Of a stretch of DNA of 64,000 nt, positions 10,008 to 20,019 are shown one piece after another. Position numbers and translations under genes: made by a program. The notes below the pieces were generated by a model. That model saw only the letters and a list, made by a program, of their open reading frames with translations. It was not told the DNA's origin and did no database searches. Position 1 is the stretch's first letter. Each line of letters starts with the position of its first letter. The DNA comes from an uncultured Verrucomicrobiota bacterium (lineage in GTDB: Bacteria > Verrucomicrobiota > Verrucomicrobiia > Opitutales > UBA9783). The stretch spans positions 23,370 to 87,369 of the forward strand of contig CABUVL010000001.1 in NCBI GenBank assembly GCA_902495005.1, written 5' to 3'.

Positions 10008-11801
10008 TTATAAAGAACTAAGGCTCTGCTTTTGAACAAGTTGTTGGTACAAGGTGCAATTCCCCATGAGATCATTGTGCGTGCCCTGGTTGACCAAATG
10101 ACCTTGATCAATGACGTAAATGCAATCGGCATTCTGTATGGTACTCAATTTGTGAGCAATACTGATGACGGTCTTTCCCTCAATTAAGCGTTCCATTGCC
10201 TTATGAATGTAGAATTCACTCTCCGCATCTAAGGCCGACGTGGCTTCGTCCAAAATGAGAACAGGCGCATTTTTCAAGAACGCGCGGGCAATGGCCAAAC
10301 GTTGTCGTTGCCCCACTGAAAAACGATTGCCATTTTCACCCACGAGGACATCGTACCCGCCGGCGGCCAAAATAAATTCATGTGCAAAAGCCGCCTTTGC
10401 AGCTTCCACAAGTTGCTTTTCATCCGCCTCCGGGCATGCGACTCGCAGGTTGTCGGCAATGCTGGCATTAAATAAGACGGGGCTTTGTGGTACGTACGAC
10501 AATTGCCGACGTAAGGAAATTAAAGACCACTGACGAAGGTCTTCTCCGTCGAGCACAATTTGTCCACTCGTCACGTCGTACAAGCGAGGCAGCAAGCGAA
10601 TCAATGTCGATTTCCCAGCTCCACTCGGGCCCACGATAGCGTGCACGCGACCCGCAGAAAATTGAAGATTTAAATCGTGTAAGACAGCGGTTTGTGCCCG
10701 CGTGTTCTTGTACGCAAAGCCAACCGCCTTAAAAACGAATTCGCCCTTAATGGTGGCCACATGTGCGTTATGCGCCGGTGATTGAATTTCGATGGGGGTT
10801 TCTAAGATCTCCACAATACGCTCTAACGCACCCGTCGAACGGTGAATTTGGCCCAAGGTATTGCTGATTTTCTTTATCGGATCGAATGCGAAATACAAAG
10901 CTGTTCCCATAGCACTGAACACGGAAAACGGAATGTGCCGATAGTAAGCGTAAATAAAAATGACGGCAATGATCCCCGCCGTTACAATTTCCATCATGGG
11001 CTGCTGCATTTTTTGCCATTGCACAACCGTTTGAATGCGTTCCGATAACACTGACATTACGCGTTTTGACTTTGACCGCGCGAAATCTTCAAGTAAAAAT
11101 GTCCTAATTTCTTGAACAGCCCGCAAATTTTCAACAACACATTCGGTCACGTCTGCTTCGGCTTGCTGCATCAAGCGGCTGTTGTCCTTAACCCGGCAGC
11201 GTAGCAATTTGACGGGGATAAAACAAATCGGCAATGCGAATGCAAAAATCAACAACAGGACCATGTCGCAGCTCTTAACCGACAGATAAATCAGTCCGAT
11301 AAACGCGGCCACCACCTGTAAAGGCTGTTTAAAAAATTCGGACGCGATTTCCGATAACACGTCCTGCAGGGTCTTAGGATCATTGATGACACGATTGACC
11401 AAATCGCCTGAACTTTTTCTGGAGAAAAAGTCCAAGGGCAGTTGTTGTAATTTTGCAAAAATATCCGACCGTAACTGCAATAAAATTTCTAATCCGAAAC
11501 GATTCATCCAATACGTATTTAAATAGCCGAACACCCCACGCACAAAAAATCCGAGTGGGACCAACGCGGCAATCCATAAAATTTGACTCAATCTGTAGGA
11601 CTTATCGGGATTTTCAAAAATTTGCCTAAAAACCTTTTCGAAAATAACCGGCAGGCCCAATCCACTCATCAGTCCGTAAATCATCCCACACAACAATGCA
11701 ATTGCGAATAGCCACTTGTGTGTCGATAAATATTTCCTACTTAAATGCCACAGGGAATTTTTCATTGTTTTCTTTGTATAATAATTTTTGAGCGAGAACA
11801 A
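10008..11801 (-). CDS. ABC transporter, fused permease/ATPase (MsbA-like exporter family)
   Basis: Six-TM N-terminal half, then Walker A GPSGAGKST, signature FSVGQRQRLAIARA and Walker B ILILDEATSALD. Confidence 0.9.
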   Translation of the reverse strand: MFSLKNYYTKKTMKNSLWHLSRKYLSTHKWLFAIALLCGMIYGLMSGLGLPVIFEKVFRQIFENPDKSYRLSQILWIAALVPLGFFVRGVFGYLNTYWMNRFGLEILLQLRSDIFAKLQQLPLDFFSRKSSGDLVNRVINDPKTLQDVLSEIASEFFKQPLQVVAAFIGLIYLSVKSCDMVLLLIFAFALPICFIPVKLLRCRVKDNSRLMQQAEADVTECVVENLRAVQEIRTFLLEDFARSKSKRVMSVLSERIQTVVQWQKMQQPMMEIVTAGIIAVIFIYAYYRHIPFSVFSAMGTALYFAFDPIKKISNTLGQIHRSTGALERIVEILETPIEIQSPAHNAHVATIKGEFVFKAVGFAYKNTRAQTAVLHDLNLQFSAGRVHAIVGPSGAGKSTLIRLLPRLYDVTSGQIVLDGEDLRQWSLISLRRQLSYVPQSPVLFNASIADNLRVACPEADEKQLVEAAKAAFAHEFILAAGGYDVLVGENGNRFSVGQRQRLAIARAFLKNAPVLILDEATSALDAESEFYIHKAMERLIEGKTVISIAHKLSTIQNADCIYVIDQGHLVNQGTHNDLMGNCTLYQQLVQKQSLSSL

Positions 11802-12056
11802 GTTCCTTTTTTATCACACACGTTTGAATGCAGATTCCGTCGTTTGCAACTCTTTAAAGGAACCCACAGGCCCGTTGTCAACACTTCCTCTACTGCATTT
11901 TCAAGCCATTAATGCCCACAGTGCAATTCACTCGTACACTTCAATAACACGAATAAACGTTGCACCGTAATTTTATGCTTTTGTGGGCAATTTTGCGAAA
12001 ATTGACTCTACAAATAACTTGCCAAAATTCCATTTTTTGACCGGAATGATGAAATC

Positions 12057-13433
12057 ATGGCTTGTTCATTACCCACAGTCCTCTTATTTGGTCAAACCAA
12101 TGTCGGGAAGAGTACACTATTCAATCGGCTGACACAGAGTCGTAAGGCCGTTGTACACAACACTCCGGGCGTCACTCGTGATATTTTAACCACCATTGTG
12201 GACCAAAAATTCCAACTCCTGGACAGTGGAGGACTCGGCAGTATGAATGACCCATTTTCGGGCTTGGTCGAAGGTCAAGTTGAACAAATGCTGAAAACCG
12301 TCGATGTGATCGTTTGGGTTTTAAGCGGCAAACAAGCTTTAAACGCCCGTGACTTCCAAATTTCAAAATCATTGCGCAAGCTCAACAAGCCAACCTTATT
12401 GGTTGTAAACAAGATAGATGCCGAAAAAGATGAGATCAATTTGTTCTCTTATTATTCGCTCGGCTGGGACATCGTCCTTCCCGTCTCAGCAGAACACGGG
12501 CTCAACATTTCCACCTTGCGGGAAGCCATCCTGAGTGCGCTTCCAAGCAAAGAGGATGCTCATTTGCCACAAGCCCCCAAGGTTCAATTTGCCATTATCG
12601 GTCGGCCCAACGTGGGCAAGTCATCAATTACAAACGCCTTGCTCAAAGAAAATCGCGTCTTGGTCAGTGACATTGCGGGCACGACGCGCGACGCCGTCAC
12701 ATGCCCATTTTCATGGCAATTCAAAAATGGCGCTTGCGAGGAATTCCTCTTGGTGGACACGGCCGGGATTCGAAAAAATATAACAGACCCGCTCGAGTAT
12801 TATGCCTACGTGCGGACGGAAAAAACGCTCAATACGGTTGACCTTGCCGTCATCGTACTCGATTTATTTGAAGGCCCTACCAATATTGATAAGAACCTAA
12901 TCAATTACGTACAAGAACTCGGGAAAGGCTACATTCTGGTGGTCAACAAGTGGGACATTGCGCGGCAAACGATAAAAGAGCATCATGAAGACCCCGTCGC
13001 ATTTCAACAAAACTTTTTACAACGTCTTCAACAATTATGCCCCTTCTGCCACGCGCCCATTCTCTTTGTTTCGGCGAAAACAGGCGAGGGCTTGGACAAG
13101 TTGTTGACCAAAATCCTCAAGTTGCAAAAAAACCTTTGCAGCACTTTACCCACGGGCCCCCTCAACCGATTGCTGCAAAAAATAACCACACAAACCCCGC
13201 CCGCCTCACATCACGGCAAACATTTCAAAATTTATTACGCCCTGCAGGTCAAAAGCAATCCGCTCACATTGCAAGTTTTCTGCAACAAGTTAAAGTGGAT
13301 GCCGAACACGTACCAGAAATTTTTAGAGAACAAGCTGCGGGACACCTACGAGTTAGCCGGCTGTCCGATCGTTTGGAAATGGGTTGAAAAGACGGCATCT
13401 GCCGCAAACACGCTTCCATCGCTGTCAGAATAA
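12057..13433 (+). CDS. der: ribosome-biogenesis GTPase Der (EngA)
   Basis: Two tandem GTPase domains (GQTNVGKSTLFN..TPGVTRD and GRPNVGKSSITN..IAGTTRD, each with NKxD) plus a KH-like C-terminus. Confidence 0.92.
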   Translation: MACSLPTVLLFGQTNVGKSTLFNRLTQSRKAVVHNTPGVTRDILTTIVDQKFQLLDSGGLGSMNDPFSGLVEGQVEQMLKTVDVIVWVLSGKQALNARDFQISKSLRKLNKPTLLVVNKIDAEKDEINLFSYYSLGWDIVLPVSAEHGLNISTLREAILSALPSKEDAHLPQAPKVQFAIIGRPNVGKSSITNALLKENRVLVSDIAGTTRDAVTCPFSWQFKNGACEEFLLVDTAGIRKNITDPLEYYAYVRTEKTLNTVDLAVIVLDLFEGPTNIDKNLINYVQELGKGYILVVNKWDIARQTIKEHHEDPVAFQQNFLQRLQQLCPFCHAPILFVSAKTGEGLDKLLTKILKLQKNLCSTLPTGPLNRLLQKITTQTPPASHHGKHFKIYYALQVKSNPLTLQVFCNKLKWMPNTYQKFLENKLRDTYELAGCPIVWKWVEKTASAANTLPSLSE

Positions 13434-13437
13434 TACA

Positions 13438-14379
13438 ATGGATAAAATTAAAAGTATCTTTTTCGCGGCCTCTGAAATCGCAATTCCCTGTTTGGAACAG
13501 TTAATTGCCATCGAACAAAATCAGCTCGTGGGAATCGTCACACAACCGGGACGTGCCAAAGGTCGCGGGCAAAAGTACAGCTTGAATCCGATTGCCGAGT
13601 GGGCTGAACGCCATCACATTCCTTACTTCCCTGCCCAGACGATGGATGACGAAGCGTATGCGTGGCTGCAGAACAAACAAGCGGATTTAATGTTTGTTAT
13701 GTCGTTCGGACGTATTTTGAAGCGGCGTTTTTTAGATTTGGCAGCTCTCGGCATGTGGAACTTTCACACCTCCCTGCTGCCCAAATATCGGGGGGCCTCC
13801 CCCATTCAAACGTGTTTGTACGAAGGCGAAGCTTACACGGGCGTGACATTGATGAAAATGGTGGAAGCGCTGGATGCGGGACCTTGGATCGATCAGGCTC
13901 AACTAGCGATTGATAAGCGGGACACGGCAGCATCGTTAACGGTAAAGTTGGCAGATTTGACTGCCGACGTGCTTAAAAAAAATTTCGACGCGCTCGTACA
14001 CGGGCGGTATCAATTGCACACGCAAGATGAAGGGGCAGTCACGTTAACGCACAAGTTTTGCAAGGCGGATGGCTTGTTAGACTTCAACGCAGCTGCCGAT
14101 CAATTAGAACGCAGGATAAGAGCCTTTAATCCGTGGCCGGGAACGTTCTTTCAAATAGACGACGTATGTATTAAGGTGCATGCAGCTCACGTCGCGGACG
14201 GCGCAAGTGACGAAACGCCGGGCACACTCTTGTTGGGTGAGAATGGGCATGCGCTTGGCGTTAAATGTTCAAAAGGCATTCTAATGATTGACCAGCTACA
14301 ATACCCCGGCGGCAAGATTTTGGACGCGAAAACGTTTCTAAATGGCCACCGAAAGCTTTTTTCGGGTCAACTGCACTAG
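13438..14379 (+). CDS. fmt: methionyl-tRNA formyltransferase
   Basis: GIVTQPGRAKGRGQK and NFHTSLLPKYRGASPIQ motifs. ATG 13438 lies just after the der stop; the track ORF starts upstream at 13384, inside der. Confidence 0.92.
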   Translation: MDKIKSIFFAASEIAIPCLEQLIAIEQNQLVGIVTQPGRAKGRGQKYSLNPIAEWAERHHIPYFPAQTMDDEAYAWLQNKQADLMFVMSFGRILKRRFLDLAALGMWNFHTSLLPKYRGASPIQTCLYEGEAYTGVTLMKMVEALDAGPWIDQAQLAIDKRDTAASLTVKLADLTADVLKKNFDALVHGRYQLHTQDEGAVTLTHKFCKADGLLDFNAAADQLERRIRAFNPWPGTFFQIDDVCIKVHAAHVADGASDETPGTLLLGENGHALGVKCSKGILMIDQLQYPGGKILDAKTFLNGHRKLFSGQLH

Positions 14380-14408
14380 AAATAACGTGGGCCTAATGAC
14401 AGAATTGA

Positions 14409-15563
14409 TTGACAACGAAGGCTGAATGCGATTGGATAAGCAGCATGGATGAGCACATGAATGGCCAGGCAATTTCGTCGGGATCGCGCGTAAAAATCCT
14501 GGCATTGGGGGGCGCGGGCTGTCGGGTTTTGAGCCATTTTTTTGCCGTTTCGCAACTACCTGCATCGCTTTGTTTGGCCGTCGACACTGATCTGTGTTGC
14601 TTGGAAAGCTTAGAGAAACTATTGCCAAAGTTCTGCTTGGGGAAAAATGTATTTCGCGGGCTCAGTTCGGGGGGAGACGAATCGCTCGTCAAGCAAGCGT
14701 TCGACAAAGATGCCGCCGCGTTAAGTGATTTTTGTCAAAAAGCAGACGTGCTCATTATACTGCTTGGATTGGGAGGTGGAACGGGGAATGGCGCCGCATT
14801 GGGACTCATTAAGTTGGCCTTACAGAGCGGAGCCTTCGTGATTGTCATTCCCATACTTCCTTTTTCTTTTGAAGGGCAAACAAAAGGTGTGCGAGCACAA
14901 GGGGCGTTAAAAGCCATCAAACTGATGGCAGATTTAGTGATCCCGTTTTACAACGACGTACTATTTCAATCGTTGACAGAGACGGCAACCGTCAAAGAGG
15001 CATTTAACGATGGAAATCGATGGTTGTCTCAACTCAATTCAATGTTAGTTAATTACTTAAGTAACGACAAATCAGCGGCTCTAAACGGCACCCTCAACAC
15101 ATTTGTCCAGCATTTTTCCGACAAGCCCGACCATATTTTTTGGGGGCTTGGATCGCACGAGCAAGGCGACATTGGCCAAGCGCTCAAGTCCGTCTTTGAA
15201 GGCCCATTTTGGCATCCCAACACAAACGACATGCCGATTAAGCGCGTATTTATCTTTTCCCAATTGGGATCACAGATTTCCCTGGTGGGGTTAAAAAATC
15301 TGAATTACGAAATTCAATGTTACTTGGGGACCCCGGACATACAAATTTTAAGCGCGTACAAAGAGTTAGAAACAGAGCCAACGCACGTTCACATTTTCGT
15401 ATTAGGGTCTCATTACGAGAAGAATTTATCCGCCATTCGGTACCGTAAAAACGGCATGTCAGCGGCGCAGGGGCAGCAAATACAGTTTGATTTTGAAGCT
15501 GCCGGCCAGGAAGCCTACTGGGATACGCCGACGTACCTGCGGCTGGGATTGAAGTTAGAGTAA
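14409..15563 (+). CDS. ftsZ: highly divergent FtsZ homologue
   Basis: Alignable by eye to FtsZ: VKILALGGAGCRV (G-box), AVDTD, GLSSGGDESL, ADVLIILLGLGGGTGNGAA (tubulin signature), PFSFEG, IPFYNDVL. The C-terminus ..WDTPTYLRLG resembles the FtsZ C-terminal peptide DIPAFLR. The start could be 14445 or 14457. Confidence 0.7.
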   Translation: MTTKAECDWISSMDEHMNGQAISSGSRVKILALGGAGCRVLSHFFAVSQLPASLCLAVDTDLCCLESLEKLLPKFCLGKNVFRGLSSGGDESLVKQAFDKDAAALSDFCQKADVLIILLGLGGGTGNGAALGLIKLALQSGAFVIVIPILPFSFEGQTKGVRAQGALKAIKLMADLVIPFYNDVLFQSLTETATVKEAFNDGNRWLSQLNSMLVNYLSNDKSAALNGTLNTFVQHFSDKPDHIFWGLGSHEQGDIGQALKSVFEGPFWHPNTNDMPIKRVFIFSQLGSQISLVGLKNLNYEIQCYLGTPDIQILSAYKELETEPTHVHIFVLGSHYEKNLSAIRYRKNGMSAAQGQQIQFDFEAAGQEAYWDTPTYLRLGLKLE

Positions 15564-15767
15564 AGTACCCCCATAGAAACAATAAAGAAGAAGCAGTAAG
15601 TTTCACCAACGCACTACTCCGATTGATAAAATAAAACTTCAAGAAAATACAGCTGCCCCTTAAATTAACGTTGGGCCCCGCCCCTATGTTCTGTCTATAC
15701 AGCGGCACCCCCATAACACCGGGCCCTTTAAAAACTAAAAATTACAGGCCCTTGGGATAGCGGAAAT

Positions 15768-15843
<76 letters not shown>

Positions 15844-15944
15844 TAACCCAATAACAACACAACACATAAAAACATTTGTTAAGTCAATGTTGTTTTTAAT
15901 AAATTAGCGTACGCGATGAAAAATGTTCAAGCACGACATGGTTT

Positions 15945-16724
15945 TTAATCGCCCAACGCACTTTCATCGATCTCCAACAAGACAGGCGCGTGGTCCGAGC
16001 CGTACACCTCCGTTAATATCGTGCACTGACGCACGTAAGGGACAAGCGGCTTGGAAATTAGGAAGTAATCAATACGCCACCCTATATTGCGAGCGCGTGA
16101 ATTCGTTCTGACGGACCACCACGTGTATTGTCCGGGGACATCTGGGTGCAAATACCTAAAAATGTCCACCAAGCCCGTCTTTAGATGCTGGCCAAACGAA
16201 TAACGTTCTTCATCCGTAAAACCGGCGTTAAAGTGATTGGTATCCGGATTGGCCAAATCAATCGGATGGTGAGCGACATTGAAATCACCACACACAATCA
16301 CATTCTTTTTGGCCTGTAAGTCGCTTAAAAACTGCCGAAATTTGCTGTCCCAAATCTGCGTTCTGTACGCCAGACGCCTCAATTCCGTTTGTGAATTCGG
16401 CACATACACGTTGATTAAATAACAATTTTTAAATTCCGTCAGTAAAATGCGACCTTCCGGGTGTTGCGCATCCACGTCAATACAACGCACATCGACAACC
16501 GGATGTTGCAAAAAGGTCGCCGTCCCCGAATACCCTTTCTTTTGTTCGCTATGATTAAAATACGTGTATTTATAAAAGGGAATCTCCGGGCATACAAGCG
16601 CGTACGTCTTTGTTTCTTGAAGGCAGAGAATATCTGGACGATACGCTTCTACAAACGAGTTAAAGTTTTTTTTCATCAAGGCCCTCAACCCGTTTACATT
16701 CCAAGTTATAATTTTTAAGGACAT
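15945..16724 (-). CDS. xth: exodeoxyribonuclease III (AP endonuclease, Xth family)
   Basis: MSLKIITWNVNGLRA, ILCLQETK, GDFNVAHHPIDL and GSDHAPVLLEI motifs. The track ORF extends to 16796, but Met at 16724 gives the canonical N-terminus. Confidence 0.9.
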   Translation of the reverse strand: MSLKIITWNVNGLRALMKKNFNSFVEAYRPDILCLQETKTYALVCPEIPFYKYTYFNHSEQKKGYSGTATFLQHPVVDVRCIDVDAQHPEGRILLTEFKNCYLINVYVPNSQTELRRLAYRTQIWDSKFRQFLSDLQAKKNVIVCGDFNVAHHPIDLANPDTNHFNAGFTDEERYSFGQHLKTGLVDIFRYLHPDVPGQYTWWSVRTNSRARNIGWRIDYFLISKPLVPYVRQCTILTEVYGSDHAPVLLEIDESALGD

Positions 16725-16850
16725 GACACGATCTTTTAGCAAAAAATCCCCCTTGTAAAACGCAATTGTGCGCATTTTTCTTCGGTCCACATTCACAATA
16801 GGCTTGCCTCCGTTGTGCTTATGCTATTGCTTAAAAAGGGGTCAGCGTAT

Positions 16851-19433
16851 ATGCTTAAATATGATTTAATTGATAAGGTCCAAAAACAAGCAAAAGAATT
16901 TTTTTCTTACCCATCGGGCAACGAAACAGAACTGCTAAAAAAATATTTATTCATCGGACAACAACAGGTCCGCTACTTGACCAAGAAAAACCTATTAAGC
17001 CCAAATTTCGACAGCTTGTATTCCTTAAAACTCGAACAAATCATCAAGCGCCTGTTCGCCAATGCCCTGCGTTATGTGACCCCCACGGACAAAAGTATCA
17101 GTAACATCCCCGTAGTCATTGCTTCCATCGGCACATTAGGTTATCGAGACAGCTTCGTTTACAGTAAGCTTAAGTGCATCGTCATCTTTGAAGACAAATT
17201 TGAACAGCCCGACGCGTTAAAACTATCTATCCAAAAGCAAATCGGCGATCAACTGTCTCAATGGGGCATTGAAATCTACTGCCTGTGCAGCTCATTAGAA
17301 CAATTTTCACAGCAGCTGCAAACATCCCCATTCCTCCACAGTGAGTGTCTATCCATACGGTACGTAGCCGGCTCCCACACCCTCTTCAAAAAAGTAAAAA
17401 AACTCCTATTTGACGAACTTACGGAACTCAACAGTTTTCTTAATTTATTAAATATCATTGAAAAAGTTCGCCTAACCCGCCGATCCAATTACAAGGGGAC
17501 CTACTGCCTCGGCGAGCCTCACATCAGGGATGGCGTTGGAGGATTGAAAGATTACCACGAAATTTTGAGCCTTTTGCCGTACGCTCAACATTTTCTATCG
17601 CTTGATTTACACACAAACGACTTACTAAATTTGCACAAAGCGTACAAAACGCTGCTAAAAATTCGCAATGCGTTGTACCTCGTCAGTGGACGAGAAGAAA
17701 ATTGCTTATTCTACGAAAGGCAAGAGCCAGTCGCACAATTGTTGAAATTGACCGCACGCGATCGAAAGAGCTCACTGCTCAAATCCATCTATCAGTGTGC
17801 AAAAGCGGCAGAGTCCTACTTTCTACAACTGAAAAGCGCATCTTTGTGGAAATGCAGCGAGGGTAAAACCTTACGGGTTGTGGACGGATTTCAGGTAAAA
17901 AGCCAATGCTTACACTGCGAAAATCCAGAAATTTTTAACACCAAACCGCTGCGTGTCATGCGCATCTTTAGATACGCACAAGCGTTCAATAAAAACTATT
18001 CGCTTCCCCTGTCACGATTAATTACAAATGCCGCAAATGCCCTTAAAGGAAGCAGTTTTCTGGACAATAAAGAGGTATTGTGGACGTTTAAATCAATTTT
18101 TTCACACAACGGGAACATTTATCCCATCTTAAAGTCGATGTACTATCACGGTCTCTTGGCCAAGCTTTTGCCGGTCGTCGTTCACTATTTTCAGCAAATG
18201 GGCACATTCATACACCAGACACCTTACACGTTGGGTGTACACGGCCTGCATTGCATCGAATACTTAGATGCGTTATTTAAGCAGCAAAATGCCTCTTCGC
18301 CGATTCAAGAAGTTTTGCGTGAAATTTCAGAGCCGATAATCTTGTACTTCAGCTTCTTATTCAATGCCATCGACAAGGAAGACATTTTTCTTCATTTAAT
18401 CCAACAGTTAAAACTCAGTGATTACCAACAGAGCATGTTGTGCATGCTGCGAGAACATCGCGATTTGCTGTTAAATTTTGCAGAACATCAAGATATTTCC
18501 GATGCGCATGTAATGGAAAAATTGGTGGATACGATCAAAACTTACGAAGGCTTGCAATATTTATACGTGTACACCATTTGCGACGTCTCTGTCAAATGCG
18601 GACAGGCCCCTTCCAAATACAAGCTGTTGTTGCTGAATAAAATTTATAAAAATGCGACACGCATCTTTAAAGGGCAGAGCTCGGGCTTACTTGACATGCG
18701 ACGGCGTCTCATTCAACACTTTAGCGACCTATCCCCATTGGATGAAGAATGGCGGTCATGGGTAGGCTCTTTTTTCAACTGTGTAGATGCCAATTACATT
18801 TACCAGCACAATGAGCAACAAATCGAAGAGCATCTCTTGTGGGCACGTCAAACAAACGCACTGAACATTCGCTGGCACGTCCATTCGAAACAGGAAAACT
18901 GTTGGGTTCTGTGCATCGTTGAACGGTCCTCTTCCTTTATGCTGCACTTACTCAAGACCCTATTGACCTGTAATTTTTCGATCAGTCGTTTCCATTTGAC
19001 GCAATTGCCTCACGACAAGTGCATCATCGAAGCTCAATGCCACTACTTAATCGCTTCATTAAAGCAGTACAAAGAAGACTACAGAGCGTGTAGAAAACAG
19101 CTCATGGAATGGAAAGAAGTTCAACCTGAATTGAAGAATCGCTGGGCCCTCGCTAAAAAATGGAAGCAAGCGTTTGTAGAACTTTCGCCATTTAAGCTCT
19201 GCTTTTCCGAAGTCGACAGAACAATTGAATTGAAATTTAAGTGCCAAGAAAATCCAAGCATGCTGTATCAATTGTCGCTGTGCCTCTTGCAACATGCTTG
19301 TATTCCCGTGCGAGCCTCCGTGCGGTTTGAAAACCCCGTAGGCTTGGATTTTATGTCGTGGGCGCCCACAGATCCCCATCACATTCCTGATTTAATTGCC
19401 CTGCATCACGATCTAAGTGCCTTATGTGCCTAA
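16851..19433 (+). CDS. GlnD-like ([protein-PII] uridylyltransferase family) protein with apparently degenerate catalytic motifs
   Basis: About 860 aa, colinear with GlnD as I remember it. The NTase region is VVIASIGTLGYRDSFVYSKLKCIVIF, the GlnD-specific block is YCLGEPHIRDGVGGLKDYHEI, the HD-region equivalents are PYTLGVHGLHCIEYL / FSFLFNAIDKED, and the C-terminal segments are ACT-like. Confidence 0.6.
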   Translation: MLKYDLIDKVQKQAKEFFSYPSGNETELLKKYLFIGQQQVRYLTKKNLLSPNFDSLYSLKLEQIIKRLFANALRYVTPTDKSISNIPVVIASIGTLGYRDSFVYSKLKCIVIFEDKFEQPDALKLSIQKQIGDQLSQWGIEIYCLCSSLEQFSQQLQTSPFLHSECLSIRYVAGSHTLFKKVKKLLFDELTELNSFLNLLNIIEKVRLTRRSNYKGTYCLGEPHIRDGVGGLKDYHEILSLLPYAQHFLSLDLHTNDLLNLHKAYKTLLKIRNALYLVSGREENCLFYERQEPVAQLLKLTARDRKSSLLKSIYQCAKAAESYFLQLKSASLWKCSEGKTLRVVDGFQVKSQCLHCENPEIFNTKPLRVMRIFRYAQAFNKNYSLPLSRLITNAANALKGSSFLDNKEVLWTFKSIFSHNGNIYPILKSMYYHGLLAKLLPVVVHYFQQMGTFIHQTPYTLGVHGLHCIEYLDALFKQQNASSPIQEVLREISEPIILYFSFLFNAIDKEDIFLHLIQQLKLSDYQQSMLCMLREHRDLLLNFAEHQDISDAHVMEKLVDTIKTYEGLQYLYVYTICDVSVKCGQAPSKYKLLLLNKIYKNATRIFKGQSSGLLDMRRRLIQHFSDLSPLDEEWRSWVGSFFNCVDANYIYQHNEQQIEEHLLWARQTNALNIRWHVHSKQENCWVLCIVERSSSFMLHLLKTLLTCNFSISRFHLTQLPHDKCIIEAQCHYLIASLKQYKEDYRACRKQLMEWKEVQPELKNRWALAKKWKQAFVELSPFKLCFSEVDRTIELKFKCQENPSMLYQLSLCLLQHACIPVRASVRFENPVGLDFMSWAPTDPHHIPDLIALHHDLSALCA

Positions 19434-19440
19434 ATTTATC

Positions 19441-19935
19441 ATGTTGACAATCAATAAACTCATTTCAAAAGAAAATCTTCCGGAGTACCGAACCGCTTTA
19501 AAGCAACAAGGCAAGACCCTCGTTGTCACGAATGGATGTTTTGACTTACTGCACGTGGGGCACGTGCATTTTCTCCAAGAAGCGGCCCGTCGAGGCGACG
19601 TACTCTTGGTGGGCGTCAATTCCGACCGAAGTGTACAAGCGCTCAAAGGGCCCGATAGGCCCATTTATTCAGAAGAAGCGCGACTGTATTTATTGAATGC
19701 CTTGGCGTGTGTCGATAAGCTGTTTGTCATTGAAGGCCCCCATTTGGCAGAAGAACTCGAACTCATTGCCCCCGACGTATACGTAAAGGCAGGTGATTAC
19801 ACTTTAGAAAGTTTAAATCCGTACGAACGGAAGGCCTTGGAACGTGTGCACGCAAAGATCGAGTTTTTGCATTTTCAAGCGGGCTGGAGTACCTCCAATA
19901 CCATTCAACGAATCCGAGCCATAGGGGCCCATTAA
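19441..19935 (+). CDS. D-beta-D-heptose 1-phosphate adenylyltransferase (RfaE domain II / HldC-type cytidylyltransferase)
   Basis: LVVTNGCFDLLHVGHVHFLQEAARRGDVLLVGVNSDRSV matches the stand-alone RfaE C-terminal domain. No kinase domain is present. Confidence 0.85.
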   Translation: MLTINKLISKENLPEYRTALKQQGKTLVVTNGCFDLLHVGHVHFLQEAARRGDVLLVGVNSDRSVQALKGPDRPIYSEEARLYLLNALACVDKLFVIEGPHLAEELELIAPDVYVKAGDYTLESLNPYERKALERVHAKIEFLHFQAGWSTSNTIQRIRAIGAH

Positions 19936-20019
19936 AACAAAATACTTATTTCAATCAATATCAATAAAAAATAAAACCCCTAACTTGCGACCACAAGTAA
20001 GATGGCGACGCCTGCGATG

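Noticed and set aside
15250-15714. 154-aa minus-strand ORF at the 3' end of the FtsZ-like gene.
   Set aside because: It mostly overlaps the FtsZ-like coding frame, including its conserved C-terminal peptide, and has no motifs.
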